The notes beneath the pieces were generated by a model, which worked only from the letters and a program-made list of their open reading frames with translations, was not told where the DNA came from and ran no database searches. A DNA stretch of 64,000 nucleotides from Lachnospiraceae bacterium. Lineage in GTDB: Bacteria; Bacillota; Clostridia; Lachnospirales; Lachnospiraceae. The translations under genes were made by a program, and so were the position numbers. Shown here one piece after another: positions 29,320-38,815 of the stretch; the stretch's first letter is position 1; the number at the start of each line of letters is the position of its first letter. The stretch is taken from assembly GCA_045617045.1 (NCBI GenBank), contig JAZLHV010000046.1, positions 2,325-66,324 on the forward strand, in the 5' to 3' direction.

Positions 29320-29958
29320 ATGAAAAAACAACCAAACATACTACTCGCAATGCCTTGTAAAAGTGATATTCCTGTGGAGACAGTTAACAGTCTTATGGGA
29401 TTAAATTTCAAGGGTGCTATACGTATCTTGCAAGGCTCTTTAATTGATGACTCACGAGAGAACATAGCACAGGATGTCATCAAAGATGGTTTCGACTATC
29501 TCCTATTCGTTGACTCCGATATGGTGTTCGAAGAAGATGCATTAGACAAGCTGCTTGCAGACGATAAGGACATTGTAACAGGAATTTGCTTTAAACGAGT
29601 GTTTCCGTACACTCCGGCAATCTACAAAGAAGACGATGGTAACAAAATCTATATGGACTACCCCAAAGATGCGCTCTTTGAAATCAATGCCTGTGGTATG
29701 GCGTTCTGCTTAATCAAGGCAGATGTGCTTAAGGAAGTCTATACCGAGTTCGGCACAATGTTTAAACGTGCTTATCCTCTGGGTGAGGACTTGTCATTCT
29801 GTCGCAGATGGTTAGCACTTAATGAGAAAGACAACGGCAACAGAAAAATCTATTGTGACTCTCGTGTGAAAGTAGGACACATCGGCACACAGATAGTTAC
29901 CGAAAAGACGTATGACATTGTAAGGACAAGGTATGAACAAAGTAATACAGACAAGTAA
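29320..29958 (+). CDS. GT-A fold glycosyltransferase
   Basis: ILLAMP, SRENIA, YLLFVDSDMVF (DxD), GEDLSFC, DSRVKVGHIG. Confidence 0.85.
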   Translation: MKKQPNILLAMPCKSDIPVETVNSLMGLNFKGAIRILQGSLIDDSRENIAQDVIKDGFDYLLFVDSDMVFEEDALDKLLADDKDIVTGICFKRVFPYTPAIYKEDDGNKIYMDYPKDALFEINACGMAFCLIKADVLKEVYTEFGTMFKRAYPLGEDLSFCRRWLALNEKDNGNRKIYCDSRVKVGHIGTQIVTEKTYDIVRTRYEQSNTDK

Positions 29959-30382
29959 GAAATACGAGCGTTTGGCAAACAAGGTAATCAGTTCCGTAGA
30001 TGCTTTACATTTCATAAAGGATTGCGGTATCAAGATTGCCTACCTTACAAGCACAGAAGAAAAGAAAAGCAATAAGAAAATCGTATATGCAGATTGTCGC
30101 AAGGTAGATGAGATATATTCGCCTTGGTGCAAGTACGATTTCATAATAACCTTCTATACCACCAATTGTGTAATGCTTGATAACAATCAGTTGAAGATAC
30201 TTGCGTATCACGAATTATTGCACGTAGGCATTGATGAGAAGACAACGGATGTTAAGTATGTCACAGTTCCGCACGATATAGAAGACTTTACAGATATAGT
30301 AGATAAGTTCGGTCTGCATTGGAATGAGTATGGTGCAGACACACCAAAGTTTGAAGATATTGTGGCGTATGAGCGAGAGTAA
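29933..30382 (+). CDS. Putative phage metallopeptidase
   Basis: YDFIITF...ILAYHELLHVG...PHDIEDF..IV..FG (HExxH). Confidence 0.8.
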   Translation: MNKVIQTSKKYERLANKVISSVDALHFIKDCGIKIAYLTSTEEKKSNKKIVYADCRKVDEIYSPWCKYDFIITFYTTNCVMLDNNQLKILAYHELLHVGIDEKTTDVKYVTVPHDIEDFTDIVDKFGLHWNEYGADTPKFEDIVAYERE

Positions 30383-30770
30383 AGAAAACCTTGTGTCACT
30401 TGCGACACGAACAAAGGAAGAACAACGTAATATCGCAACGATGGGTGGCAAGGCATCGGGAGAAGCACGAAGACAAAAAAAGACTATGTCAGAAATGGCA
30501 AAATATGTACTCTCCTGTCCACTTAACGAGCAAGGCATAGCGAGAATGAAACGTGCCGGATGTAAGGTTGATGAGAAAAACCCTACGATGCTAACCGCTA
30601 TGATTGTTGGACAAGTTCACGCAGCTATAAATGGCTCGCAGAAAAGCGCAGACTTTATACGCTCGTTGATAGATGGAAAGAGCGCAGATGAAACAAGCGC
30701 AAAAGACTTTATTTCTGCACTCAATGGGGATAGCACGATAGGTACTGAAGATGGCATCATCGAAGAATAA
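30369..30770 (+). CDS. Terminase small subunit (putative)
   Basis: NLVSL..RTKEEQRNIATMGGKASGEARR; directly upstream of TerL. Confidence 0.7.
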   Translation: MSESKENLVSLATRTKEEQRNIATMGGKASGEARRQKKTMSEMAKYVLSCPLNEQGIARMKRAGCKVDEKNPTMLTAMIVGQVHAAINGSQKSADFIRSLIDGKSADETSAKDFISALNGDSTIGTEDGIIEE

Positions 30771-32064
30771 AGGCTTTAAGCCTACACCATTTTCAATTAA
30801 ACAAAAGTTGGTCTTGGAGTGGTGGACAGATAATTCCAAGTACAAAGATAAAGACGGAATAATCTGCGATGGCTCGATACGAAGCGGTAAGACAACAGTA
30901 ATGAGCCTGTCTTTCGTTCTGTGGGCAATGTCTACTTTCGATGGCGAAAACTTTGCAATGTGCGGTAAGACAATTAACTCTTTCCGCAGAAACGTGCTTA
31001 AGCAATTGAAGAAGATGCTTAAGGCACTAAACGTTGGATGCATAGAACACAGGAGCGAAAACTACATCACCATAACAATGGGTGATACCGAGAACGATTT
31101 TTATTTGTTCGGTGGTAAAGACGAAGCGAGCCAAGACCTTATACAAGGTATCACGCTTGCCGGACTTTTCTGCGATGAAGTCGCATTGATGCCCGAATCG
31201 TTTGTTAACCAAGCGGTTGCGAGATGTTCTGTTGAAGGCTCTAAAATTTGGTTTAACTGTAACCCAGAATCACCCGACCATTTCTTCAAACTTGATTGGA
31301 TAGATAAGTTAACCGAGAAGAACTTAATACGCATCCACTTCACAATGGATGATAACCCAAGTCTATCGGATGCGATTAAAGACAGATACAGGCGTATGTA
31401 TAGTGGCGTGTTCTATGACCGCTTTATCCTTGGCTTATGGGTACTTGCAAGTGGGTTAATATTCAAGTTCTTTGCAGAGAATAGCGAGCCTTACCTTTGT
31501 GATGATGAAGACACATTAAACCGAGCATACTCAAAAATTGTAATGGGTATCGACTTTGGTGGTAATGGCTCAATGACAACCTTCTGCCTTATGGGGTACA
31601 TTGGTAACTACTACGAATTTAGAGTACTTGAAGAAGATGCATTACAATTAAGTGACTCGATCGGGGCAAAGGAAATCTGCGACAAGTTTATTGAGTTTTA
31701 CGAAAAGAGCATTGCTATCTATGGGCGTGTCGATTGGATATTCCCGGATAGTGCAAGTACAACAATGATTAATTCGCTTATCGCATCGGCTCGTGAAAAG
31801 GGATTGCGCTACAACAACATTGTAGGATGCCGAAAGAACGAGATAAGCGAAAGACCAAAGACAGTAGACCTTCTGTTAAACACAGGTAGGCTAAAGATTA
31901 ACCGCAGATGCAAAGCCACGATTAAGGCAATATCGCAGCTACGTTGGGATGAGAAAAACACAGACGTTCCCGAAGACAAGAACATAGGCAACGTTAACGA
32001 TAGATGGGATGCATTTTGCTATACCATTCTTGATTTTATAGAGTTCATAGACTTAAGGAGATAA
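30751..32064 (+). CDS. Terminase large subunit (PBSX-like)
   Basis: DGSIRSGKT (Walker A), LFCDEVALMP (Walker B), NCNPESPDH, GIDFG nuclease domain. Confidence 0.95.
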   Translation: MASSKNKGFKPTPFSIKQKLVLEWWTDNSKYKDKDGIICDGSIRSGKTTVMSLSFVLWAMSTFDGENFAMCGKTINSFRRNVLKQLKKMLKALNVGCIEHRSENYITITMGDTENDFYLFGGKDEASQDLIQGITLAGLFCDEVALMPESFVNQAVARCSVEGSKIWFNCNPESPDHFFKLDWIDKLTEKNLIRIHFTMDDNPSLSDAIKDRYRRMYSGVFYDRFILGLWVLASGLIFKFFAENSEPYLCDDEDTLNRAYSKIVMGIDFGGNGSMTTFCLMGYIGNYYEFRVLEEDALQLSDSIGAKEICDKFIEFYEKSIAIYGRVDWIFPDSASTTMINSLIASAREKGLRYNNIVGCRKNEISERPKTVDLLLNTGRLKINRRCKATIKAISQLRWDEKNTDVPEDKNIGNVNDRWDAFCYTILDFIEFIDLRR

Positions 32065-32069
32065 CCAAA

Positions 32070-33482
32070 ATGGAAAAAGACGCAATCCTAAAGGTACTTG
32101 ACGAAATCGGCATTGATTACAACGAGAAAGCACAGAACATTATAGACCTGTGCGATGATTGGTATTGCAATCGTACCGAACACAAAAAGACAACGATTAA
32201 CAATATTGAAGTAAGCATCCCTTCAATCAATTTCGCCAAGCGTTGTTGTTCCGATGATGCAAACCTTTGCGAAGTGGTGGAAGTTAATAGCGCAGACAAC
32301 GAAGAAGCGTTCAAGAACATCAATGCGATACTTAAACGAAACCGCTTTGCGAAGATGTTTCGCAAACAGTTGGAGCGTTTAAGTGCAAGTGGTACAGTTG
32401 GTGCTTATGTGTACCTTAAGAACGCACAGGGCGTTGTGGAAAACGGACAGACCATAATTAAGAGTGGAGACTTGGCAATCAACTACGCATACGCAGAAAA
32501 CATCGTGCCGATTACTGTCGAAAATGACGAAGTAACCGAGTGCGCATTTATGGGTAGCAACATTAAGCGTGGCAAACGTGAGGATGTGCTTGTAGTCTTC
32601 AAAATGGGCGAAGAAGGGCGTTATTACGCAGACTCATATTATTTTACCGATGGTAAAGAAAATGTAGAAAAAAGGGCGCATATCGAATTAGGCGAGACCA
32701 AGCCTTTTGCGATAATGGTAATTGCAGAAGTTAACAATATCGAAGATATGGAAGGTTACGGATTGCCGAAATTGTACTCTTCCATCCCGGTGTTTAAAGC
32801 GTTGGACTTGGCATATTACATCCTGTATGGAGACTTGGACAAGGGCGAAAAGTTAGTGTTCATTAACGAGTTACTTACTTGCATCCAAAAGGACATTAAC
32901 GGAAATCCTTACCTTACCAAAGAGCAAAAGGAACTCTTCGTACTGTTAGGCGAGAAGTTACCCACACAGGATGATGTTATCAAAGAGTATAACCCGATTA
33001 TCCGCATTGACGAAATAACGAAAGTGTTCGAAACGCTTTTGTCTATCCTGTCTTTGACATTTGGTTTCGGCACGAAGAAATACACTTTTGAGAACGGACA
33101 AATTAAGACCGCATCCGAGTACATCGGAGAGAGACAGGATTGTATGCAAGAGGTTAACAAGCAACGTGGAGAAGCGGTAACGTACATCACAGACCTTGTT
33201 AACGCAATCAAGTGGTTTTCAAACGCTTTCGATGGTGGAAATTACAACCTTGAAGATGAAATCCTTGTAGACTTTGACGATAGTTACATCGAAGACAAGG
33301 CAAGCAAGGTAGAGCGTGAGCGAGACGATGCATTGTCTTTCGGCATACCCAAGTTAACAATATGGTACTTGATGGATGCTTATAATTTGACCGAAGAAGA
33401 AGCAACGGCACTTGTGGTAGCAGATGCAGAACAGAAACAGTTAGACGATACCATAGATGCAAACTTAAACGAGAACGATTAA
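32070..33482 (+). CDS. Portal protein (A118/SPP1-like)
   Basis: Follows TerL; 470 aa; TATE-like KTASE, VDFDDSYIED. Confidence 0.85.
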   Translation: MEKDAILKVLDEIGIDYNEKAQNIIDLCDDWYCNRTEHKKTTINNIEVSIPSINFAKRCCSDDANLCEVVEVNSADNEEAFKNINAILKRNRFAKMFRKQLERLSASGTVGAYVYLKNAQGVVENGQTIIKSGDLAINYAYAENIVPITVENDEVTECAFMGSNIKRGKREDVLVVFKMGEEGRYYADSYYFTDGKENVEKRAHIELGETKPFAIMVIAEVNNIEDMEGYGLPKLYSSIPVFKALDLAYYILYGDLDKGEKLVFINELLTCIQKDINGNPYLTKEQKELFVLLGEKLPTQDDVIKEYNPIIRIDEITKVFETLLSILSLTFGFGTKKYTFENGQIKTASEYIGERQDCMQEVNKQRGEAVTYITDLVNAIKWFSNAFDGGNYNLEDEILVDFDDSYIEDKASKVERERDDALSFGIPKLTIWYLMDAYNLTEEEATALVVADAEQKQLDDTIDANLNEND

Positions 33483-33489
33483 AAGGAAG

Positions 33490-34830
33490 GTGGCACAGAT
33501 GCTAAACGATGAACAATTGGAAATCATAAGTGAATCACTTGTGCCACTTTTTGATTACCTTGAACACGAGATTATCTGCGACATCGCACGTAGGGTTAAG
33601 GGTGCGATGATGTACACTCGTACCGCAGAATTACAGGCAATGGAAATGCGTGCGCTTGGGTTTGCTCCGGCAAAGATTAGAGCAGAAGTAAATAAACTGT
33701 TACGATCGGATAAAGAGTTCCAAAAGGTAGTCGAGAAGAACACGCTCGAATACAAGAAAGCGGTTAAAGAACTGATTGCAGATATTGTCAAGAAAGCACA
33801 GGAAGAAGGCAATAAGATTGTTGCTAATGCCGGAGAAATGTCTTGGATTGACGATATGCGAGTATGGAATGACAATGGCGAGAATATATCGAAAGATTAT
33901 CTATCGTCAATGGTTAAAGCCTACCAAGACCAAATTAAAGACGAGTTCTTCAATTTAAGTGGCACAACGGCATTTAAGAGCATAAGCGGTACGGAATCCG
34001 TTGCCAATGCCTTTAGGATGGAATTAAACAAAGCAATAATCAAATTGTCGAGTGGTACGTTTTCACAAGAAAAGGTAATCACAGACACGATACATTCTCT
34101 TGCACAAAGCGGTTTACGGACTATTGACTATTCAAGTGGCAGAACGTTGCAGCTTGATAGTGAGGTTAGGCTCTGCATAAGAACAGGGTGTCACCAAATA
34201 AGTGGCGAGATACAGAAGCAGAACATTGAAGATACAGGCGTTAACCTTGTGTATGTGTCAGAACACGCAAACGCACGAAATAAAGGCGAAGGCATCGAAA
34301 ATCACGAAGAATGGCAAGGCAAGGTTTACTATATCCACAAAGCAGATTATAGCGAAGAAGCAAAACGCATAGGGCAAGACGAAATTAAAGACCTGTGGCA
34401 AGAGACAGGGTATTCTTTAACCGATGAACATATAAGCAATCCTTTAGGGTTGTATGGGTACAATTGCAGACACAGAACACATCCTTGGTGGGAAGGTGCA
34501 AGCATCTTACCCAGACGTATAGAGAAGAAACCGAGTATCCATTACAATGGCAAGGAGTTAGATGGATATGCGCAGACACAGGAAATGCGCAGACAAGAAC
34601 GTGCAATCCGTAATATGAAGCGTGAGCGTGAAGCACTTAATACTCTTAAAATGCCTACCGCAGAGATTGATGCAAAGATTAAGAACGCCACCAAGACTTA
34701 CAGAGAGTTTTGTGCGCTCTGCGGTGTTCCTATGTCATACACGCATTTAGAGTACGAGTGCGGAACAAGTGACCTGTCAAAAACAGATGCTTGGAAAAGG
34801 TACGCTAATTTGAATGATAATTTAAAATAG
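33490..34830 (+). CDS. Minor capsid protein (Phage_min_cap2-like)
   Basis: IICDIARR, VSEHANAR, HEEWQGKVY, GLYGYNCRH..HPW, QERAIR..KRE. Confidence 0.85.
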   Translation: MAQMLNDEQLEIISESLVPLFDYLEHEIICDIARRVKGAMMYTRTAELQAMEMRALGFAPAKIRAEVNKLLRSDKEFQKVVEKNTLEYKKAVKELIADIVKKAQEEGNKIVANAGEMSWIDDMRVWNDNGENISKDYLSSMVKAYQDQIKDEFFNLSGTTAFKSISGTESVANAFRMELNKAIIKLSSGTFSQEKVITDTIHSLAQSGLRTIDYSSGRTLQLDSEVRLCIRTGCHQISGEIQKQNIEDTGVNLVYVSEHANARNKGEGIENHEEWQGKVYYIHKADYSEEAKRIGQDEIKDLWQETGYSLTDEHISNPLGLYGYNCRHRTHPWWEGASILPRRIEKKPSIHYNGKELDGYAQTQEMRRQERAIRNMKREREALNTLKMPTAEIDAKIKNATKTYREFCALCGVPMSYTHLEYECGTSDLSKTDAWKRYANLNDNLK

Positions 34831-34838
34831 GCTATAAT
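34810..34838 (+). promoter_or_regulatory. Sigma-A promoter inside the head module
   Basis: TTGAAT-N17-TATAAT. Confidence 0.7.
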
Positions 34839-34865
34839 AAAGATACAAGATTTTGTGGGGTTTAT

Positions 34866-35021
34866 ATGAGCAAAGATGTTAAGATGCCGGACAAGGACAC
34901 GCTTTACAACGTGATAAAGTCCATTGTGGAAAGTGAACACGATGTAGAAATAAGACCACTTGCGAGTGGCGAAATTGCAATATATAAACTCGATCGGAAA
35001 AAACAGAAGATTGACCTTTAA
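34866..35021 (+). CDS. 51-aa moron-like protein
   Basis: MSKDVKMPDKDTLYNVIKSIVESEHDVEIRPLASGEIAIYKLDRKKQKIDL between its own promoter and terminator. Confidence 0.65.
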   Translation: MSKDVKMPDKDTLYNVIKSIVESEHDVEIRPLASGEIAIYKLDRKKQKIDL

Positions 35022-35047
35022 TCGAGTGGGATTAAAGAAGTGCTAAT

Positions 35048-35084
35048 GAGAGCAGACGAATAAAAACGTTTGCTCTCTTTTTTA
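35048..35084 (+). terminator. Intrinsic terminator
   Basis: gagagcagacg/cgtttgctctc stem plus T-run. Confidence 0.75.
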
Positions 35085-35131
35085 TTTGAATTTATCGAAG
35101 TTGTCATTATATACCTCCTTTCAAAATCAGT

Positions 35132-35197
35132 ACGCATAAGCGGTCAAACAAGGTACTCCCCCTTCCTTGCGGTGTAGTTCGACTCTGCACTATGCGT
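35132..35197 (+). ncRNA. tRNA-like structured element upstream of the scaffold gene
   Basis: acgcata/tatgcgt 7-bp stem; gtgtag-TTCGACT-ctgcac T-arm; caagg/ccttg arm; reduced D-arm. Confidence 0.45.
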
Positions 35198-35249
35198 TTT
35201 CCCTACCGCAGAAAGTGCGGTCAACAAATCATTTAAGGAGATTAAACGA

Positions 35250-35816
35250 ATGAAGAACATTGAAAACATTTTAAAGGATTGCGGTATTGCCGTAACCGAA
35301 GAACAATTGGCAAACGTCAACAAGAGCGTTGCGGAGAACTACAAGACCATTGCAGAAGTCGAGAAGAAGGATGCAAAGATTGAGACCTTAACCGCAAAGG
35401 TAAAGGAGACCGAAGAAGCACTTAAAACCTTCGATGGCATAGATGCAGAAGGTCTTAAAAAGCAGATTGCAGACTTGACCAAGTCTTTATCGGACAAGGA
35501 TACAGAGTATGCACAGAAGATGGCAGACCGAGATTTTAACGATGTAGTCAATCGGGCAATTGCAGATGCCAAAGGCAAGAACGCAAAGGCAATCATCTCC
35601 CTGTTGGATGTAGATACCTTAAAGGCATCAAAAAACCAAACAGAAGATGTCGCAAAAGCAATCAAGTCTTTGACCGAAGCAGAAGACTCAAAGTTCTTAT
35701 TCGAAAGTGCCGAGAAGGTTACAAATCCTATCGGTACATTCAGTAGCAGAACACATCAACCAACATCACTTGATGATAAGTATAAGGGCAATCCTTACTA
35801 TCATCCCACCAAATAA
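35250..35816 (+). CDS. Capsid scaffolding protein (GP20-like)
   Basis: Coiled coil, KGKNAKAIISLLD, FLFE; directly before the capsid gene. Confidence 0.85.
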   Translation: MKNIENILKDCGIAVTEEQLANVNKSVAENYKTIAEVEKKDAKIETLTAKVKETEEALKTFDGIDAEGLKKQIADLTKSLSDKDTEYAQKMADRDFNDVVNRAIADAKGKNAKAIISLLDVDTLKASKNQTEDVAKAIKSLTEAEDSKFLFESAEKVTNPIGTFSSRTHQPTSLDDKYKGNPYYHPTK

Positions 35817-35827
35817 GGAGAAAAATT

Positions 35828-36688
35828 ATGTCAGTTTTATATGGCGGTCTCAATGTAGACGAAAAGTACAAGGGTATTCTTGAGCCTAACCTTTACTATG
35901 GCTCTGTTTTTGCGGATGGAAAGACTTTCACATCCAAGTACGAAGAGAATGGTGCCGGTGGCATTTTCGTACACAAATTAAACACATCCAAAGTTGAAGT
36001 AGGCACTCCCGGTAGGGATTTCACAGATGAGTTAACAACCGACTCTCTCATCCCGATCGTAATGAACAATAATTATCAGAAGTCAAAGAAAATCTATGGC
36101 GTACAGGCAGCTGCCGTTGCTATGGATGTAGCAGACGAACAGTTAAGCGTTGCAACACAGGAAATTTCCGAAGGTATGACACTTGGCGGTCTTGCTTGTC
36201 TCGTACACGAAGCCGGAACAACCGCTTCATCTACCGCAGCTATCACAACCGCTAACCTTAAGAAGTTAGTGCTTGCAGACCGCAAGGCAATCGTTAAGGC
36301 AAAGGGTAAAGCAGACGTTATCTTAATGTCTCCCGATACATTTGCTACCGCACTTGAGAACTTCGGTAGCGAGTTCACACCTGTTGCAAACGATTTCGTT
36401 AACGCAAACGGACAGATTGCAAAGTGGTTAGGCTTTGACGTATACGAGTGTAACGCTCTCGCAGAGACAACCGCATCCTACTACGATGCAACAGGCACAA
36501 AGCAGACATCAACGCTTTCTAACGTTGACTACATTATGTACAACCACGAAGCATTGAGCATCATCCCCAACTTCAATATGGCTCGTATCATCGACTCCGA
36601 GAACTTTGCCGGCTCCAAGGCACAGGTTGAATTGAATGTAGGTATGAAAGTTACATCCGATGCACAGGTTGTTGTTAAGAAGCATTAA
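35828..36688 (+). CDS. Major capsid protein
   Basis: 286 aa after the scaffold; NVDEKYKGILEPNLY, SENFAGSKAQVE. Confidence 0.8.
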   Translation: MSVLYGGLNVDEKYKGILEPNLYYGSVFADGKTFTSKYEENGAGGIFVHKLNTSKVEVGTPGRDFTDELTTDSLIPIVMNNNYQKSKKIYGVQAAAVAMDVADEQLSVATQEISEGMTLGGLACLVHEAGTTASSTAAITTANLKKLVLADRKAIVKAKGKADVILMSPDTFATALENFGSEFTPVANDFVNANGQIAKWLGFDVYECNALAETTASYYDATGTKQTSTLSNVDYIMYNHEALSIIPNFNMARIIDSENFAGSKAQVELNVGMKVTSDAQVVVKKH

Positions 36689-36716
36689 TTAGAAATGGCA
36701 GAAGGGAGTCAGTAAT

Positions 36717-37076
36717 ATGTCACAGATAGTCTCTTGGGAGTATTACGGCTCCCTTCATTCAAAAGTAACACAAAGCACCTTTGATACCTACGAAGCACTC
36801 GCAGAAGTTAAATGCCGAGAAGTTATAGGCGCAATCAAGTGGGGATTAATAAACGAAAGCACTTTCGGTTATGACGTTCTCAAAGATTGCATATGTAATG
36901 TTATCGACAAAATGGTAGACGATGAAAATAGCGGTAGAGGAAGAGGATTAGCAAGCGTGTCAAACGATGGTTACTCCGAGACCTACGCTATTAAAGACGA
37001 AGCAGACCTTCGAAACGATATGCGGTCATCTATTAAAGGATGGTTAAGCGGTACAGGATTGGTAGGTGCTTATTGA
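36717..37076 (+). CDS. Head-tail connector/adaptor
   Basis: Position; SVSNDGYSETY...WLSGTGL. Confidence 0.7.
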   Translation: MSQIVSWEYYGSLHSKVTQSTFDTYEALAEVKCREVIGAIKWGLINESTFGYDVLKDCICNVIDKMVDDENSGRGRGLASVSNDGYSETYAIKDEADLRNDMRSSIKGWLSGTGLVGAY

Positions 37077-37492
37077 TGTTATTCACAGATGTAGCAACAG
37101 TATACAACCACTATGTTGATAACAATGTTGATAAGTGGAAAAGAACTGTCATTAAGGGTGTGCAATGGAGTCACAACAAGATTGAGACTTCTGTAAGCAA
37201 TGGAACACAAACGCAGACAAGAGTTGAGTCCGTTACGATTGACTTCGGTAGGGATTACGGAAACGCAACGTATAGCGCAGCTAAAGAGTTCGCTACAAGT
37301 CACAACGGATGGACATTAAACAACAAAAGCAAGTTAGATGTTATGGTGCTTGGCGAAGTCACAACAGAAATCAGCGCAAGTTATCCTTTGGACAGACTTT
37401 TCACAGATTACCAATATGTTGGCACAGTTTCATCGGTTAGTGATAACCGAAACAGAGACTTTTTGAAAACCATAAAGGTGGTGCTTAAGTAA
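37076..37492 (+). CDS. Head closure protein (putative)
   Basis: Position in the A118-like neck module. Confidence 0.6.
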   Translation: MLFTDVATVYNHYVDNNVDKWKRTVIKGVQWSHNKIETSVSNGTQTQTRVESVTIDFGRDYGNATYSAAKEFATSHNGWTLNNKSKLDVMVLGEVTTEISASYPLDRLFTDYQYVGTVSSVSDNRNRDFLKTIKVVLK

Positions 37493-37857
37493 TGGCATAC
37501 AATTATACGGCAACCTTTGACCTTGGTAAGACAATGCAACGTCTTGGCTTGGAAGAACAGGGCAAAGTAAGTAAGTTTGTTGCATCCCAAGTACTTGCGT
37601 TAAGCGAGCCTTATGTACCCTTCGATGAGCTGGGACTATATGATAACCCCGGAAGGCTCATAGAAAGCGGTCACTTGGAAGGCACAGACGTTGTATGGCG
37701 TACACCTTATGCAAGATACCTTTATTATCACCCAGAGTTTCACTTCCAAGGCGCAACAATGCGTGGGGCGTATTGGGTAGACAGAATGTTACAAAATGGT
37801 GGTACACAGGCTATTGAAGATAGCGCACAGAAATATATTAGGGGATTAAGTAAATGA
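37492..37857 (+). CDS. Minor capsid/tail completion protein
   Basis: YVPFD..G.L..S...VVWRTPYARYLYY...GAYWVDRM. Confidence 0.7.
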   Translation: MAYNYTATFDLGKTMQRLGLEEQGKVSKFVASQVLALSEPYVPFDELGLYDNPGRLIESGHLEGTDVVWRTPYARYLYYHPEFHFQGATMRGAYWVDRMLQNGGTQAIEDSAQKYIRGLSK

Positions 37858-38255
37858 CTATATCCGAATCAATAATAGCGTGGTTACTCACGTACAACGC
37901 ACAACTTAACAAAATTGATACAGATATCCTGTCGGACTCCGTATTAACCTATGCGCTTTCTAAAGAGCCTACTGTTAACATCAAACACTACTTAAGTGGT
38001 AAAAAAGAGCATACAGAACATTATCAGTTATCGGCTCGTCTCAATTCGCAGATTAATTCAAACCGCATCAATAACCAAGCGTTCTTCGAAGGCTTGGAGA
38101 AATGGGTTATCGAACAGGACAGAGACGGAAACCGACCTGTAATTGACAATGCAAGCGTTAACAAAATTAGCGTATCTTCTGCTTACTACTTGGGGCAGAC
38201 AAACGAAAACACAAGCGTTTATTCGCTAACAATAGCAATTAATTACACAGTTTAA
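37854..38255 (+). CDS. Tail terminator-like protein (putative)
   Basis: Position immediately before the tail tube gene. Confidence 0.6.
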   Translation: MTISESIIAWLLTYNAQLNKIDTDILSDSVLTYALSKEPTVNIKHYLSGKKEHTEHYQLSARLNSQINSNRINNQAFFEGLEKWVIEQDRDGNRPVIDNASVNKISVSSAYYLGQTNENTSVYSLTIAINYTV

Positions 38256-38267
38256 GGAGACAAGACT

Positions 38268-38741
38268 ATGCGTGAAAAATTGATGCATTTTATAAATGTA
38301 GGCTCTTCTACAACCGCATCGTATGTTCTGCTTGGTGATGGTATCGAGTCTCTTACAGAAGAGTTCAATCCTACCATTGATACCAAACAGTACATTAACC
38401 AGAGCAACGCTACTTCTCGTGTTACATCATACGCTCCGGCAATTGATGTATCGAGAGAGTACATTCTCAACGATGAGTTGCAGACGTGGTTAGACGAGCG
38501 TGTACGCACACTTCCCACAGGTGTTGATGCAGAGACCGATTACATTCGCTTGAATGTATACGAAACCACATCAACGGCAAGCGTGTACAAAGCCGTAAAA
38601 CGTAAATGTGCGGTTGCAATCAACAGTACAGGTGGTGATGCCGGAGCAGAAATCATTGATGGATTTTCCATTAATGGTATGGGTGATGGCATACAGGGTA
38701 CATTCAATGTATCTTCCAAGACCTTTACGCCTTCGGTTTAA
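38268..38741 (+). CDS. Major tail (tube) protein
   Basis: LLGDGIESLTEEFNPTIDTKQYI...VTSYAP. Confidence 0.75.
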   Translation: MREKLMHFINVGSSTTASYVLLGDGIESLTEEFNPTIDTKQYINQSNATSRVTSYAPAIDVSREYILNDELQTWLDERVRTLPTGVDAETDYIRLNVYETTSTASVYKAVKRKCAVAINSTGGDAGAEIIDGFSINGMGDGIQGTFNVSSKTFTPSV

Positions 38742-38815
38742 GTTAGGTGTTAATTTACTTTAACATAAGGCTCGTGCGCCAACCTTTCCCGGTGTACGAG
38801 CCTTCGTAGGAAAGG

